A stretch of 63,787 bases of DNA, filler included, from Hyphochytrium catenoides (lineage: Eukaryota; Protista; Hyphochytriomycota), in NCBI GenBank assembly GCA_900088475.1. It is 15 parts of 15 records of this genome, joined end to end, with 100 filler letters (N's around TTAATTAATTAA, not from the genome) between each part and the next. Parts side by side here need not be neighbours in the genome. Positions count along the whole stretch, not along the records: positions 50,339 to 52,852 come from FLMG01001918.1; positions 52,953 to 55,518 come from FLMG01000212.1; positions 55,619 to 61,028 come from FLMG01000078.1; positions 61,129 to 62,565 come from FLMG01004226.1; positions 62,666 to 63,787 come from FLMG01003314.1; 10 more parts are not named here. One strand, written 5' to 3'. Shown here piece by piece: positions 50,629-63,787 of this stretch (positions are counted from its first letter, which is position 1; each line of letters starts with the position of its first letter). The translations under genes and the position numbers were made by a program. The notes under the pieces were generated by a model. That model searched no databases and had not been told where the DNA came from. It saw nothing but the letters and a program-made list of their open reading frames with translations.

Positions 50629-51375
50629 TACCTGCCCAGCTGCTTCTGGCTCCTAATCACCTTCCCCAGATCTCCTCCGGGCGCATATTCCATGACGATG
50701 TAGAGATGCTGCCGCTCAATAAAAGACTCTTGATAACGGATAATCCGCTCGTGAGACACTTGACGCATCAGGTGGCACTGATATTTCCAGGAGAGAGAGA
50801 GAGAGAGAGAGTGAGAGGAACGAGAGAGAATGTAAAATGAGAGAGAGAGAGAGAGACATCGAGAGAAGAGAAAGATAAAGACAAAGGGAGAGAGAGAGAG
50901 GGAGGAGAAGAGAGAAGAGTGAAAGAGGGAGAGAGAATGGAGAGAGACAGAGGGCGAGTGTGTGAGAGAGAGAAGGGGAGAGAGGGAAAGAGAGGGAGAG
51001 AGAAAAGAGAGGAAGAGAGAGAAAGAGAGAGAGAGAGAGAAGAAACGAGAAAGATTGAGAGACAGAGAAGGAGAAGGAGAGGGAGAGAAAAGAAAAGGGG
51101 AGGGGAAGAGCGAGACAGAGAGAAAAGTGAGAGGCAGGGAGAGATAAAGCGAGCGAGAAAAGAGAGAGAGAGATGAAAAGAGGGATGAAAAGGAGGTGCT
51201 TCCTTACCTCATTGATCGTCTCCTCCTGTTCCTTAGGAGAGAGATTACTCAGCAAGATCTGCTTAAGCACCACAATCTCTCTTCTCTCTCCCTCCTCTCC
51301 ATCCTCCTGAGCCTTAAAGACCCGCCCGTAAGCTCCTCCCCCTAGAGTCTCAAGGATGCGATAGTTCCGGATCAT
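50339..51375 (-). CDS. NIMA-related (NEK) kinase, N-terminal part
   Basis: YRILETLGGGAYGRVFKA...VVLKQI...EETINE / HERIIRYQESFIERQHLYIVMEYAPGGDL / PLPEAEVWRYLIQ. Confidence 0.92.
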
Positions 51376-51386
51376 CTCTCTCTCTC

Positions 51387-51423
<37 letters not shown>

Positions 51424-51728
51424 CTCTGTCTGCCCTTTCGTTTCTCTCTTTCTAACCGTGGGTCCTTCTAACCGTGGTCCTTCTTAAGTTATCGCCATCC
51501 TCGTTGCCAGCGAGGGAGAGAGAGAGAGAGACAGACAGGACGAGAGAGAGAAAGAACGAGTTGCTTCGTCGGGGGAAACAAGAGAGAGAGAGAGACAGAG
51601 AGACAAGAAAAGAAAGAGGAAGGGAAAAGACGCGCCTTGTAGCTCTTTTTAAAACAATGGAATGCTCTCCTCATAGAAGAGCAGCGTCAGAAGAAACAGG
51701 GGAGATACGAGCAAAGAGAGACATAGAG

Positions 51729-51784
<56 letters not shown>

Positions 51785-51979
51785 GTGGAGAACCCAAGGA
51801 GGAAAAAGAGCTCCGACGCTGTGTGGTTGAGAAAGAAGAGAGAAGGAAACGAGTGAGAGTTGCCAAGGAGAGGAACCGGCATAAAGGGCCGCCGCCCAGA
51901 CACTCTTGCAGCGAAAGGAAGTTTCTGCTTTTTCTCTTTCTCTCTCCTCCCTCCCTCTCCTCCCCCACTCCCTCCGTCT

Positions 51980-52028
<49 letters not shown>

Positions 52029-52096
52029 GTCTCGACTTTCCATCCACTCTTCTCTCTCTCTTCCCTCCGTCGCGTTCGGGTTCTTTCTCTCTCTCC

Positions 52097-52131
<35 letters not shown>

Positions 52132-52479
52132 CCTCTCTCTTTCTTCTCTCTCTCTCTCTTCTCTCTCTTCTCTCTTTGAAAACCACCGCAGTTGGCGGGA
52201 AAAGAAAATCTTTCAGCTGAAACAAAGCTGAAGTAATGGAAAACATGTTTTTGCCATAAGCAAGTTACAGTAAGTCAGGAAACTAATCCTAATGAAACCT
52301 AACGAAACCTTCCTTGCTTCTCTTCATCCAAAAAAGATTCTCTCTCGTTTCTCTTCCCTTCTCCTGCTGCCGCGTCAGCTGCTGCCGCCTCTTGTCCGCG
52401 GAGAACGAACGCGTCTCCTCAGACTTGACATTACCTTCCACAAAGATACGCTGCGTCGGTGGGAGGCCTGAGTCGCCTC

Positions 52480-52852
52480 CAAGGCCAATCCTGGCCCCAA
52501 CCGCCTACCTCTTCGTCGTCGCCTACTCCTCAGAATTAACGAAAGCGGAGAGTTCAGAAGAAGAACAGCCGAGACGTAGGCCATAGTTGGAAGTCCCACG
52601 CAGGTATCGAAGAACCTGTATGGCAGCCGAGACATGCGCCATTGCCAGGAGTGGCCTTGAAAGCGACTCAGGAATCCCATCCCATCGAGGCAGCTAAATC
52701 GGGTCGAGAGACTAGCGTAAAGATGCCTGCAGGAACCCAGAAGTTCACGGTAGGGAAGGACGCCCGTCGGTTCTGATGTACCGTGAGGTAGAGGCAGAAG
52801 CTCGTGGTTTGGGACAAGAGGAGTTGAGAACGGTAAAGGAGAAGATGGAGCG
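52480..52852 (-). mobile_element. Degenerate Copia RT/RNase H junction fragment
   Basis: Across frameshifts: LPYRELLGS, SRPDLAAS, AHVSAAIQVLRYLRGTSNYGL...LSAFVNS. Confidence 0.75.
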
Positions 52853-53209
52853 NNNNNNNNNNNNNNNNNNNNNNNNNNNNNNNNNNNNNNNNNNNNTTAA
52901 TTAATTAANNNNNNNNNNNNNNNNNNNNNNNNNNNNNNNNNNNNNNNNNNNNTAGCTATAACCTTGGAGAGTGGGAGCAGGTAGGACAAAGATTAGACTG
53001 GAAGAGAGCACAGACCCCAATAGAAAGCTAATTGGATCAAAGGGTCGAGAGCTGGAGAAAAGCTGAAGAGAATGCGACAGCCAAGATTAATATAGAATTG
53101 AATGGATAGAACCAGAAGGGAAGAGTAGACTTTGCGCGGAACCCAGTGTACAGGTAACTGCGGCATGGGATAGATTGTAGATAAAGCGGGAAAAACGCGA
53201 GCGGCGCAC

Positions 53210-54044
53210 CTTTCCTGTCACTTGAATGACACTCTCGCTGCGGACCTTGGAAGCCTGGGCTAAGAGCTCTTCCGAATCAGTGCCTGGGAGAGCTTGTTAG
53301 CCGGTGATAGACCAGCGCACGAGGACGGGGAGCGGCCATGAGAAAGATGAAACACACAGGGATCCAAACGGGAAGTAGGCAGTGCCTAGGGAGGTGATAT
53401 GTGGAGCAGTGAAGCTGGATAGAGACATACCGAGAGAGAGAGATCCTTTGAAGAAACATAGGAAAGAGAGAGAGGAGAAGGAGCAAGAGCGTTCGCAGAG
53501 GCGAGGCGAGAGCCCACTGAAGCAAGAGCTGAGGATCCGAAAGGATGATTGCGAAGGCACACCTGGAGGCACCACAAGCTGGACGACTCCTTTTGAATCC
53601 CTCAAGGTCATGNNNNNNNNNNNNNNNNNNNNNNNNNNNNNNNNNNNNNNNNNNNNNNNNNNNNNNNNNNNNNNNNNNNNNNNNNNNNNNNNNNNNNNNN
53701 NNNNGACCCACCTGAAGCCAACCACTCAGTGTGACTTGCTCTCCTTTCTCTTTCAAAGTAAGCTCCCCGCAGTAGTGCGTGCGGAAAGGTGTTATAGAGA
53801 GAGAAGGAGAGGAAGTGGAAGAAGACGATAATTGTTCTACATCGCTATATAGCGAGGCTGAGGCTTGCATGCAGGCTGAGCTGGAGCTGAAGCTCCTGAG
53901 ACTTCTCACTCTCTTTCTACTTTCCCTAATGATTGCATTGTGAGAGGGACAAGCCAGGGCCGACAGCCCTGGTCGGCCGGATAGCTGCCACGAGAGAGAG
54001 CGCGCTCCACCAAGTAGCCGACGAGCGGCAGGTCTGATGGACAT
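53210..54044 (-). CDS. DARS2: Mitochondrial (bacterial-type) aspartyl-tRNA synthetase, N-terminal part
   Basis: R/S-rich presequence, then FRTHYCGEL...GEQVTLSGWLQ / MTLRDSKGVVQLVV / KVRSESVIQVTGK. Confidence 0.9.
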
Positions 54045-54746
54045 GGATTTGGCCGAGAGAATAAGAGACAGAGAAGGAAGGGAGGATGGGGAATTCGTCG
54101 TTAGATCAGCGCGAAAGGAGAGGAGACAAAGAAGAGGAGCTCGAGCGCCTTCCGCACACCCTTGAAAAGAGAGGTATAGAGGCAGAGACAGAGAGAGAAA
54201 TCGCAGAGGGGGGAGGGAGGGAGAGAGAGCGCGAGAGAGAGAAAACGCGTCGGCAGATGAGAATCCGATGATTGAGGAGGCAAGGCATAGGGGAGAGAAA
54301 CGAGGAAGACATTCGTAGCTGACCCAAGCTGCCATAAGAGTGTAAGAGGAGGGAAGTACGATGGTGAGAAGAGTTTGGCATGTGAAGGTGCTCACCTCAT
54401 GAGTACAGAGGCCATCACGGCTGGATGGAATCTGCCTTGGAAGAACTGGTCCAGACAGATGGAAGGTCTCTTCTCCTCTCTCTCTCTCTCTCTCTCTTTT
54501 TCTCTCTCTCTCTCGGCCGGCTGCTCCTGGGTTTGCTTAGGCAAATGGTGATGAGTTAACGGAGACGAGCCAGACGAGAGGCCGCGAGAATGTAGGAGAT
54601 CGGCTGAAAAGGGCGTGGGCGTTAAGGCCGCAGAGCAAGAGAGACAGACAACACACCAAGGGAGTTCAAGACACAACGGACCAGGAGGGAGGAGGGAGGA
54701 CAGCGAGAGGGACGGAGAGAGGAGAATAAGGAGAGAGAGAAAAACA

Positions 54747-54780
<34 letters not shown>

Positions 54781-55775
54781 GNNNNNNNNNNNNNNNNNNN
54801 NNNNNNNNNNNNNNNNNNNNNNNNNNNNTCTCTCTCTCTCTCTTCTTTCTCTCACACTCTCAGTTGAGGAGGGGAAATCTTCTGGAGGCGTGTCAGGACC
54901 AATCAATCAGGCTAACCCAAATAACCATAAAGACTGTAAACCATATTACTCTATGGGTTGACCATGGACCATCCCTAAATCGTCCTTTATGGTTACCTAT
55001 ATGGGCCACTCTTACTCCAGGAGTTCATTTGAATGTTGGCCGTTACCGGCGATCTGCGCTGGACAGTGACCAGGGGGGCAGTGGGAGGGGAAGTGGCATC
55101 AGTGACAGTGCCGCTGGGACGATCCTTTGCGGCCTTGGGAAGCTCGCGCTTCCTATTGCTTCTGCTTCTGCTTCCTCTTCTTATCATCCCTCGTCTTTAC
55201 CTTCCACCAGGAGGACAAGGAGCCAGTCCGCATGGTGGCACTATGCTGTTTCTCCTGCTCTGGGCCCCGTGTTGCGCTCGTAGGGTAAGCAGTACCGGAG
55301 GACGGGCAGGGCAGTAACAGCACCACGATAAGAACAAGAGAGCCAACTGCCTCCATGGCACAGTGGCACAGCTACTCATGATGATAGGCGAGTGCGCTGG
55401 GTGAAGGGCTGACTGATGATTGAAGCAGATAGAGGTGCTCTTCCTTAACAGAAGACGCAGCGACAACAACTACCGCTTTAGTGGTGTCATCAAAGTTTGT
55501 CTATAGTGCTGCCTCGTCNNNNNNNNNNNNNNNNNNNNNNNNNNNNNNNNNNNNNNNNNNNNTTAATTAATTAANNNNNNNNNNNNNNNNNNNNNNNNNN
55601 NNNNNNNNNNNNNNNNNNTTCAATGAGAACATGAGGTAACAGCCAAGATGGAGGGGCAGCTCGCGCGAAGTAGATATGCACAAAGTATGACAAGAAGAGG
55701 TGAGGCCGAAGGATCATGACGAATGGCTCTTAAAAGAGAATAGAGAAGAGTCCGGGCTGCAAGAGGATTGCTTAC

Positions 55776-58092
<2,317 letters not shown>

Positions 58093-58381
58093 ATTGATGG
58101 AGGCTTTCTACGAAGAGAGAGATGACTGTCTCGGAGATTCGATGGCCTCTGTAAGATTCCGAGCTCCAGCAGATACTGAGCTGTAGGGCGTGGCTCAGCA
58201 AAGAAGAAAGTGAGGCCTTGTTATTGCTCTGGACTTTTGTCTTTCTTCACGCTGAATGGTTGGCGCAATGCTCTGTGGTTCGCCTCACATTGTCTGTCTC
58301 TTTGCTTCTTCAAGATCTGCCCCCTATCTTTTCTTTTTTTCTCTCTCGCTCTTCTCTCTCTCTCTCTAACCCTCTCTCAAA

Positions 58382-58416
<35 letters not shown>

Positions 58417-58464
58417 CCTCTCTCCCTCTCTCCCNNNNNNNNNNNNNNNNNNNNNNNNNNNNNN

Positions 58465-58501
<37 letters not shown>

Positions 58502-59744
58502 TCTCATCATCCTCAACTTCTGTTCCTCCCCCTGCTGCCAAAGCTCTGTCTGAGGAGAGGTCACTACTCGATCTCTCGTGGCTTCTCTGTCTGAGCTTCT
58601 TTGTCTCTGTAGTTTATCTGTTTGACTCTGAAGCAGTACCTTACTACTTCAAAGCAGCCTCTTTATCGACTCTGTCTCGTTGTCTCTCTGTCCCTTGGGC
58701 TGTCTGTCTCTCTCTCTGTCTGGGTGCTGTATGTGGTGGAGCCGTGGGGCTAGAATGCTAAAATTGTTGAGCATCAGTGCTGAGAAGCCAGGCTCACCCA
58801 CAGCTCCACATTATCGCATTTGACCAAATGTGTGTCAATACTAGAAATACTTCATAGCTTTGTTAGTGAGGTCTCTCACTATTTTGGATGGTTGACTACG
58901 CTTGAAAGTGAGTTATGCATCCCACCCACTGTCGCTTTGTGTTCGCCTGGAAAGAAAAGAAACCTATCCCACCCAGCCTAGAGTGTACTATTGTTGAGCT
59001 TCTGGAGGATGTATGAGAATCTTAAACTCAATGATCCATAATGCCAACCCTCCGTGTATTACTACTGACCACCCGAGTGATCAGCGAAATACACCACAAG
59101 AAAAGAATATTTCTTGATGTCAACTTTCTAAAGCTACGCCGCCTTGTACCACGGACCCTGGGAAAAAATAAATGATATTACTAAAGATTAGCAGCCCTGG
59201 GCACTGAAACCATTGACCGCTAGAAGTATTACTATGTAACTTCAACTACTTCGGTCAGCGGTATTAGAACGGCTTAGGACGCAGATGAGCATACTCTTGA
59301 AAGGGTTATTACTACCACAGAGACGACCTTAGGCCGCCGTCCTAGCTTTGAACCGTCATTTCTGCCAAAGCCCAGGAAGGAATCTGCTTTACTGTACTGG
59401 ACAGTGACACCTGCAGATCTGGGCGGAGCTCTACGATGAAGCTTTTGCAGATGATGACCTTGGGATTGGCTGCATTGATGGGGAGAAGGGCTCTCAACAT
59501 AGAAGACGAGAGATCCTCTTTCTTGTCTGCCAGGTGTATCGAGGACCCGTGTCATGAAACACGTCCAAGACACTTCAGAGCCGTTTGCTAGCCTGCCCAG
59601 CAGCAGAGCTTGTCTACTTGATCAATCAATGATCCATGCCTTAGCTCTTCGGGGCAAAATCTAGGGAATGTCTGACACAAAGGCTTCATATTATCATTTA
59701 TGGATGGCAGACAGAGAAAAAGGACCCACTGAGAGCCGATGACG

Positions 59745-60050
59745 TTAGGTGGTGGGGCCACTAGTGAGGCTGCATTGAGATAGCTCGGCAGTAATGGCGG
59801 CTAGCCATTCTGTAGCATGGGTTCTACAGAACGTCTGGCGTACTGTCCTTGGTTCAGAGAATTGAAGGACGTTGGCACTGAGCGTTGTGGCAAAGAGAAA
59901 GAGTCTTGCGGGAGCCTCTAGCGCGGTTACCGGTGATAGGGCCGAGTGGAGAAGTGATTGCAGGGGGGAGGAGGGAGAGGAGGGAGAAGAAGCTGTGGGT
60001 TGGTCTTTATTTTCTCCAGGCTCGGTCACATTCGTCTTAAAGGTACCATC
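59745..60050 (-). mobile_element. Highly degenerate Copia fragment (integrase-RT linker)
   Basis: SEPRTVRQTFCRTHATEWLAAITAELS matches the Copia EPxTxxxAxxxxxxxxWxxAxxxEL motif. The decayed sequence may extend towards 58800. Confidence 0.55.
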
Positions 60051-60342
60051 ATCCGGTCCCTGCTCTCTGGCGCCAACCCAAGCTAAGAACAAAAGAGAGA
60101 GAAAAGGCAGGGCCCTGGAGAAGATTAATAGAGAGCTTAGAATGCAACTATTGTACAAATATAATCCATAAATAATACTAGGGAGAGTAAGAGCAGTAGT
60201 ATGGACCCGAAGTTGGAGGGCACACGGACTTAGAACAGCAAATTGCTAATAGACAATGGAAAGGTACAGTTTAGGGATGGGACGCAGATTGTGGGGAAGG
60301 AGCGAGACTTCCCCATGAAAGATGTTACAGCCGTCCACTGGC

Positions 60343-60883
60343 CTATAGAAGGCGCCGAGCAGCAAGCACCACGGTGAAGACGCCTGTCTCATAGCTGCTA
60401 CTAGAGACGACAAGCAGGGCCTTGGGAATCTTAATGCCGCGCTTCTCAAGTAGGCGTTTGCCTTCAGCCGTCATCATCATCAGTGTTGGAAGCATTTTAT
60501 CATCAGTGGAAGCGCGAGCAAGAAAGCCTCGAACGTAGGGCTGAAGCTTGGGACCGCGACGGCCGCTATTGTGTCCGACGCCTGTGATCAACTTGAGGCG
60601 CCTAGGCCTGTACTCTGCAGCCAAGTAAACAAGCAGTTCCCGCAAAATCACTTGGAGCTCCTTGAAGGGATAAAGGGAGGGAACAAGCGCCAGGGTGAGA
60701 TGGGTGTTGAAATAGCGAGGACACTACGCGTTCTTGGCCATCAGTGCCAGCTCTCCTACCGGGACTCTGAGGCCATGGAAGTCCAGTATTCCTGTGGAGC
60801 AAAGCTGGCGCTTTTCCCTTTCAAACCAGAGAAGGGCCCCCCGCTCTTCTATTAACTTCATCTGCTTCTTCAGTCGACTGGCC
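60343..60883 (-). CDS. Smr-domain protein C-terminus (N4BP2/Cue2-like nuclease domain)
   Basis: Intron 60759-60661 joins ILDFHGLRVP to ELQVILRELL...LKLITGVGHNSGRRGPKLQPYVRGFL...ETGVFTVVL. Confidence 0.8.
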
Positions 60884-61379
60884 CTACATATGAAAGAATC
60901 AGCTTTGTAAGAGCAGACATAGGTAAAAGGGTACGGGACTGATTTAGGCTATGAGGTATCAGGAGCAAACACCCAGTACATAGGGCATTCAAAACGCTGA
61001 CACAACATTCTCCAGGAATGCATTCGAANNNNNNNNNNNNNNNNNNNNNNNNNNNNNNNNNNNNNNNNNNNNTTAATTAATTAANNNNNNNNNNNNNNNN
61101 NNNNNNNNNNNNNNNNNNNNNNNNNNNNAAATAATGATGGTGGTGAGCTAGATGTCGTCTCTTTGTCCTCCCTGTAGTTGCTGCTTCTTTATTGCTGCTA
61201 TAACTGAGATGGAGAGTAATGGGGCATAGAACTAAGCACCAGTCTGCCTGTTAAAAGGTAGAGCTATGATGGTCGTTACATGCCCCTCCTGGCCTCTTGG
61301 CACTCTTGCATACAAAGTACAAGATGTAGTAATCAATAACTTGGTATATTCTCTGTTGCATCTGATTATCAGTTGAAAA

Positions 61380-62565
61380 TGGGGCGTGCAACACCTTTGC
61401 ATGAACTTCGGTGTTCCAAGAATCAGCAGTTTTGGAGGCGGCATATTCTCGGGACCCATTAGAAAACTACAAACCCCGCCACTTGCCCTCCTACGGAACA
61501 AGCTCAGGTTCACTTCTCAGACACTGTTGAAGGTCTCGATTCTGGTTCTTTGGATGCCAGCAGTCCCTCTCTGGTCTCTCTTCAGAAGGGGACCACTGAT
61601 GCAGAAGGGGCCAGTGAAGATCAACCAGATCAGGACCACACTTCTGCTGTCTCTTCTTCTGTCTCTATCCAGCCATCAACTCCAAGCCTCAGGCGCTCAA
61701 GCCGTGAACCAAAGCCATCCCGACCTTACTGGGAAGCCTATCCAGGCTCCTATAAGGCGAAGAGCTCCTCGGAAGAAGCTGCTAATCTTACAGATTCTCC
61801 AGACTCTCTGCCGCCAGTAACTACTGAACCTTCCTCTATATCTGAAGCTCTCAATGGTTCTGATGGACATCTGTGGAAGGCGGCTGCTCTAGCTGAACTT
61901 GACTCACTTAGAAAGAACGAGACCTGGGCGCTAACCACCCTTCCTCCTGGTCGAAAAGCTATCGGCTCAAAATGGGTTTTCAAGGTAAAGAGAAACGAAG
62001 ATGGTTCCATAGCCAAGTACAAGTGCCGCCTTGTAGCACAAGGGTTCACCCAACAAGCAGGAGTCGACTATGGAGAAACTTTTTCTCCAGTAGCAAAGCA
62101 CGCCACCATACGGTTACTGCTCTCGCTCGCTGCGAAGAAGGACCTTGAACTACTGCACTATGACGTTCAAACGGCGTTTCTAGATGGCAAGATCGTGGAA
62201 GAGATCTACATGCGTCAACCGCCTGGTTTTGCAACCCCTTGTCAAGAACATTTGGTGTGCAGACTAAAAAGGAATCTCTACGGATTAAAGCAGGCCTCCA
62301 GGGCATGGAATGAGGTCTTGCACTCACTTCTAGTCAGCCACGAGTTTACTCAGGCAAAGGCAGATCCATGCCTCTACACTCGGCGCTCTCAAGATGGACA
62401 AGTAATCTACTACTTGGTCATCTATGTGGATGACATCCTACTGGCTGCCTCCAACCTAGTCGTTTTGACATTACCTGCCTACTAGGAAATGTTCGATTCT
62501 ACTTGGGTCTAGAGATTGGTCGCGATCGGAAGCAAGGGATACTTAATGGTTTGCCAAAGGAGATT
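61380..62565 (+). mobile_element. Ty1/Copia reverse transcriptase fragment
   Basis: EPSSISEAL...WKAAALAELDSLRKNETW, KAIGSKWVFKVK, YKCRLVAQGFTQQAGVDYGETFSPV, YDVQTAFL, LYGLKQASRAW, YVDDIL; broken after 62460. Confidence 0.97.
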
Positions 62566-62665
62566 NNNNNNNNNNNNNNNNNNNNNNNNNNNNNNNNNNN
62601 NNNNNNNNNTTAATTAATTAANNNNNNNNNNNNNNNNNNNNNNNNNNNNNNNNNNNNNNNNNNNN

Positions 62666-63300
62666 GATGCTAAGATGCTTGTGCATGGTAAGCCACAAAA
62701 CAGACAGCCTGCATACATTCAGAAGAAGCTATGTGCAAAGCCGTCCTGACCCCGGATCATTAGTCACAGAGAAAGTCTCTTCTTAGTGAGCCAGGAACTG
62801 CTTATCAACCAGATGTACCCTAATTGAACCATTGTTCACCCATGCTGCAGCTTGTTAAAGGTTAGATGCTTGTGCGCCTTCAACGCAGGCTAGAACCAGC
62901 TTTCATACCTTCGAAATAAGCTATGTGAGCATCGGCTATGGTCCCAGCTTGTTAGTCACAGAGATGGTCTCGTTCTTGAGGGCGACACGTGCTATACTGT
63001 ACATATTACAGCAGAGTCCTGCTCACCCACGTTGCATTAAGAACTAGATGCTTGTGCGCCTTCAACGCAGGCTAGAACCAGCTTTCATTCCTCCGAAATA
63101 AGCTATGTGAGCATCGGCTATGGTCCCACCTTGTTAGTAAAAAAGATAGCCTCATTTTTGTGGACGACAGGTGCTATACTGAGTAACGCTGCCCTAATAG
63201 TTAGGTGCTTGTGCGTGTCTAAGTCACAGCAGAGATAGTCCATTCCTCATACAAATAAGCCATGATGAGGTTCTGAACACAACTCTTTGGCCCTGATACC
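62666..63300 (-). pseudogene. Decayed ankyrin-repeat array seen as four ~160-190 bp tandem units
   Basis: Units anchored by AGRTGCTTGTGC at ~62673, 62864, 63046 and 63203. Across frameshifts the minus strand reads VTND.G.TALHIASSE and TNK.G..PM.HIAYFG, plus AAAW, with many stops. Confidence 0.55.
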
Positions 63301-63787
63301 TCGACGGCCTGAGTCTTATCCTACATCTCTGACGGTGGCGGCGGCCAGCGGTACAGACAGCTGTTGTGCCCCGGCTGGCTGCCTGGGGTACAGTAAGCTA
63401 TTGGCAGGCTATAAGAAGCCCTCTGCTTCCGCAACAGTCAGCAAGACTTGTGGTCGTGCTTCTACCTTAACTTGGCAGCGTGCTGCGAGGAGGTCAAGCA
63501 TGATGCTCAAGCTCTTTGGAGTGGCGATGTGGCGGTGCAAGCTGTGAACGAGCTCAACAAGCTCCAAGCAGGGGCTCATAGATGATGCCATGCTCACTGT
63601 AACTCCTCTCACAAGTGGTTGATTACTGTATAATTGATTATTGAGAGAGACTTGATCTTGACTTTATTCCGGGGTGGAGCAACAATCATAGGCTTTTCTG
63701 TATTCGTGCTCTGGTCCTTGTCCTCCCCCGCAAACCCTGAAGCAGAAACTTCGTACAGAGCAAGCAGATCAGTCACGAAGCATCGCC

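Noticed and set aside
54860-55518. Several overlapping short ORFs upstream of the AspRS gene
   Set aside because: No recognisable motif or consistent splice structure.
62666-63300. ~185-bp tandem units as a CRISPR-like or ncRNA array
   Set aside because: Similarity runs across whole units with no unique spacers, and minus-strand TALHIA-type motifs point to decayed ankyrin repeats.

Overview
This is eukaryotic (protist-like) genomic DNA, not one locus. It is 15 unrelated contigs joined by 14 artificial 100-nt spacers (N44-TTAATTAATTAA-N44), so neighbourhood arguments hold only within a contig. Genes have short GT-AG introns, often with CTAAC/CTGAC branch sites and (GA)n/(CT)n microsatellites, so most ORF-track entries are noise. 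Manual splicing supports: an ataxin-2-like PAM2 protein, RFWD3, RalGAP-beta, a B-box protein, an LRR-SAM-SAM-X-tyrosine-kinase-like protein, a secreted two-repeat Cys protein, VAMP7, PUS7, a TRP-channel C-terminus, a divergent Rab-like GTPase, mitochondrial L32, a saposin-like protein, a NEK kinase, mitochondrial AspRS, a plant-type KARI with a mitochondrial-type presequence and an Smr-domain protein. There are also Copia and Helitron-like fragments and an ankyrin pseudogene. The most unusual region is contig 38473-46158, which lacks GA repeats. It holds a ~1 kb bulged fold-back (39612-40591), flanked by a minus-strand A13 tract and by a decayed intronless ~320-codon frame with motif spacing like negative-strand RNA virus nucleoproteins. 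It also holds an NQLNPNN-repeat microprotein gene. All family assignments come from motif recognition by eye; no searches were run.
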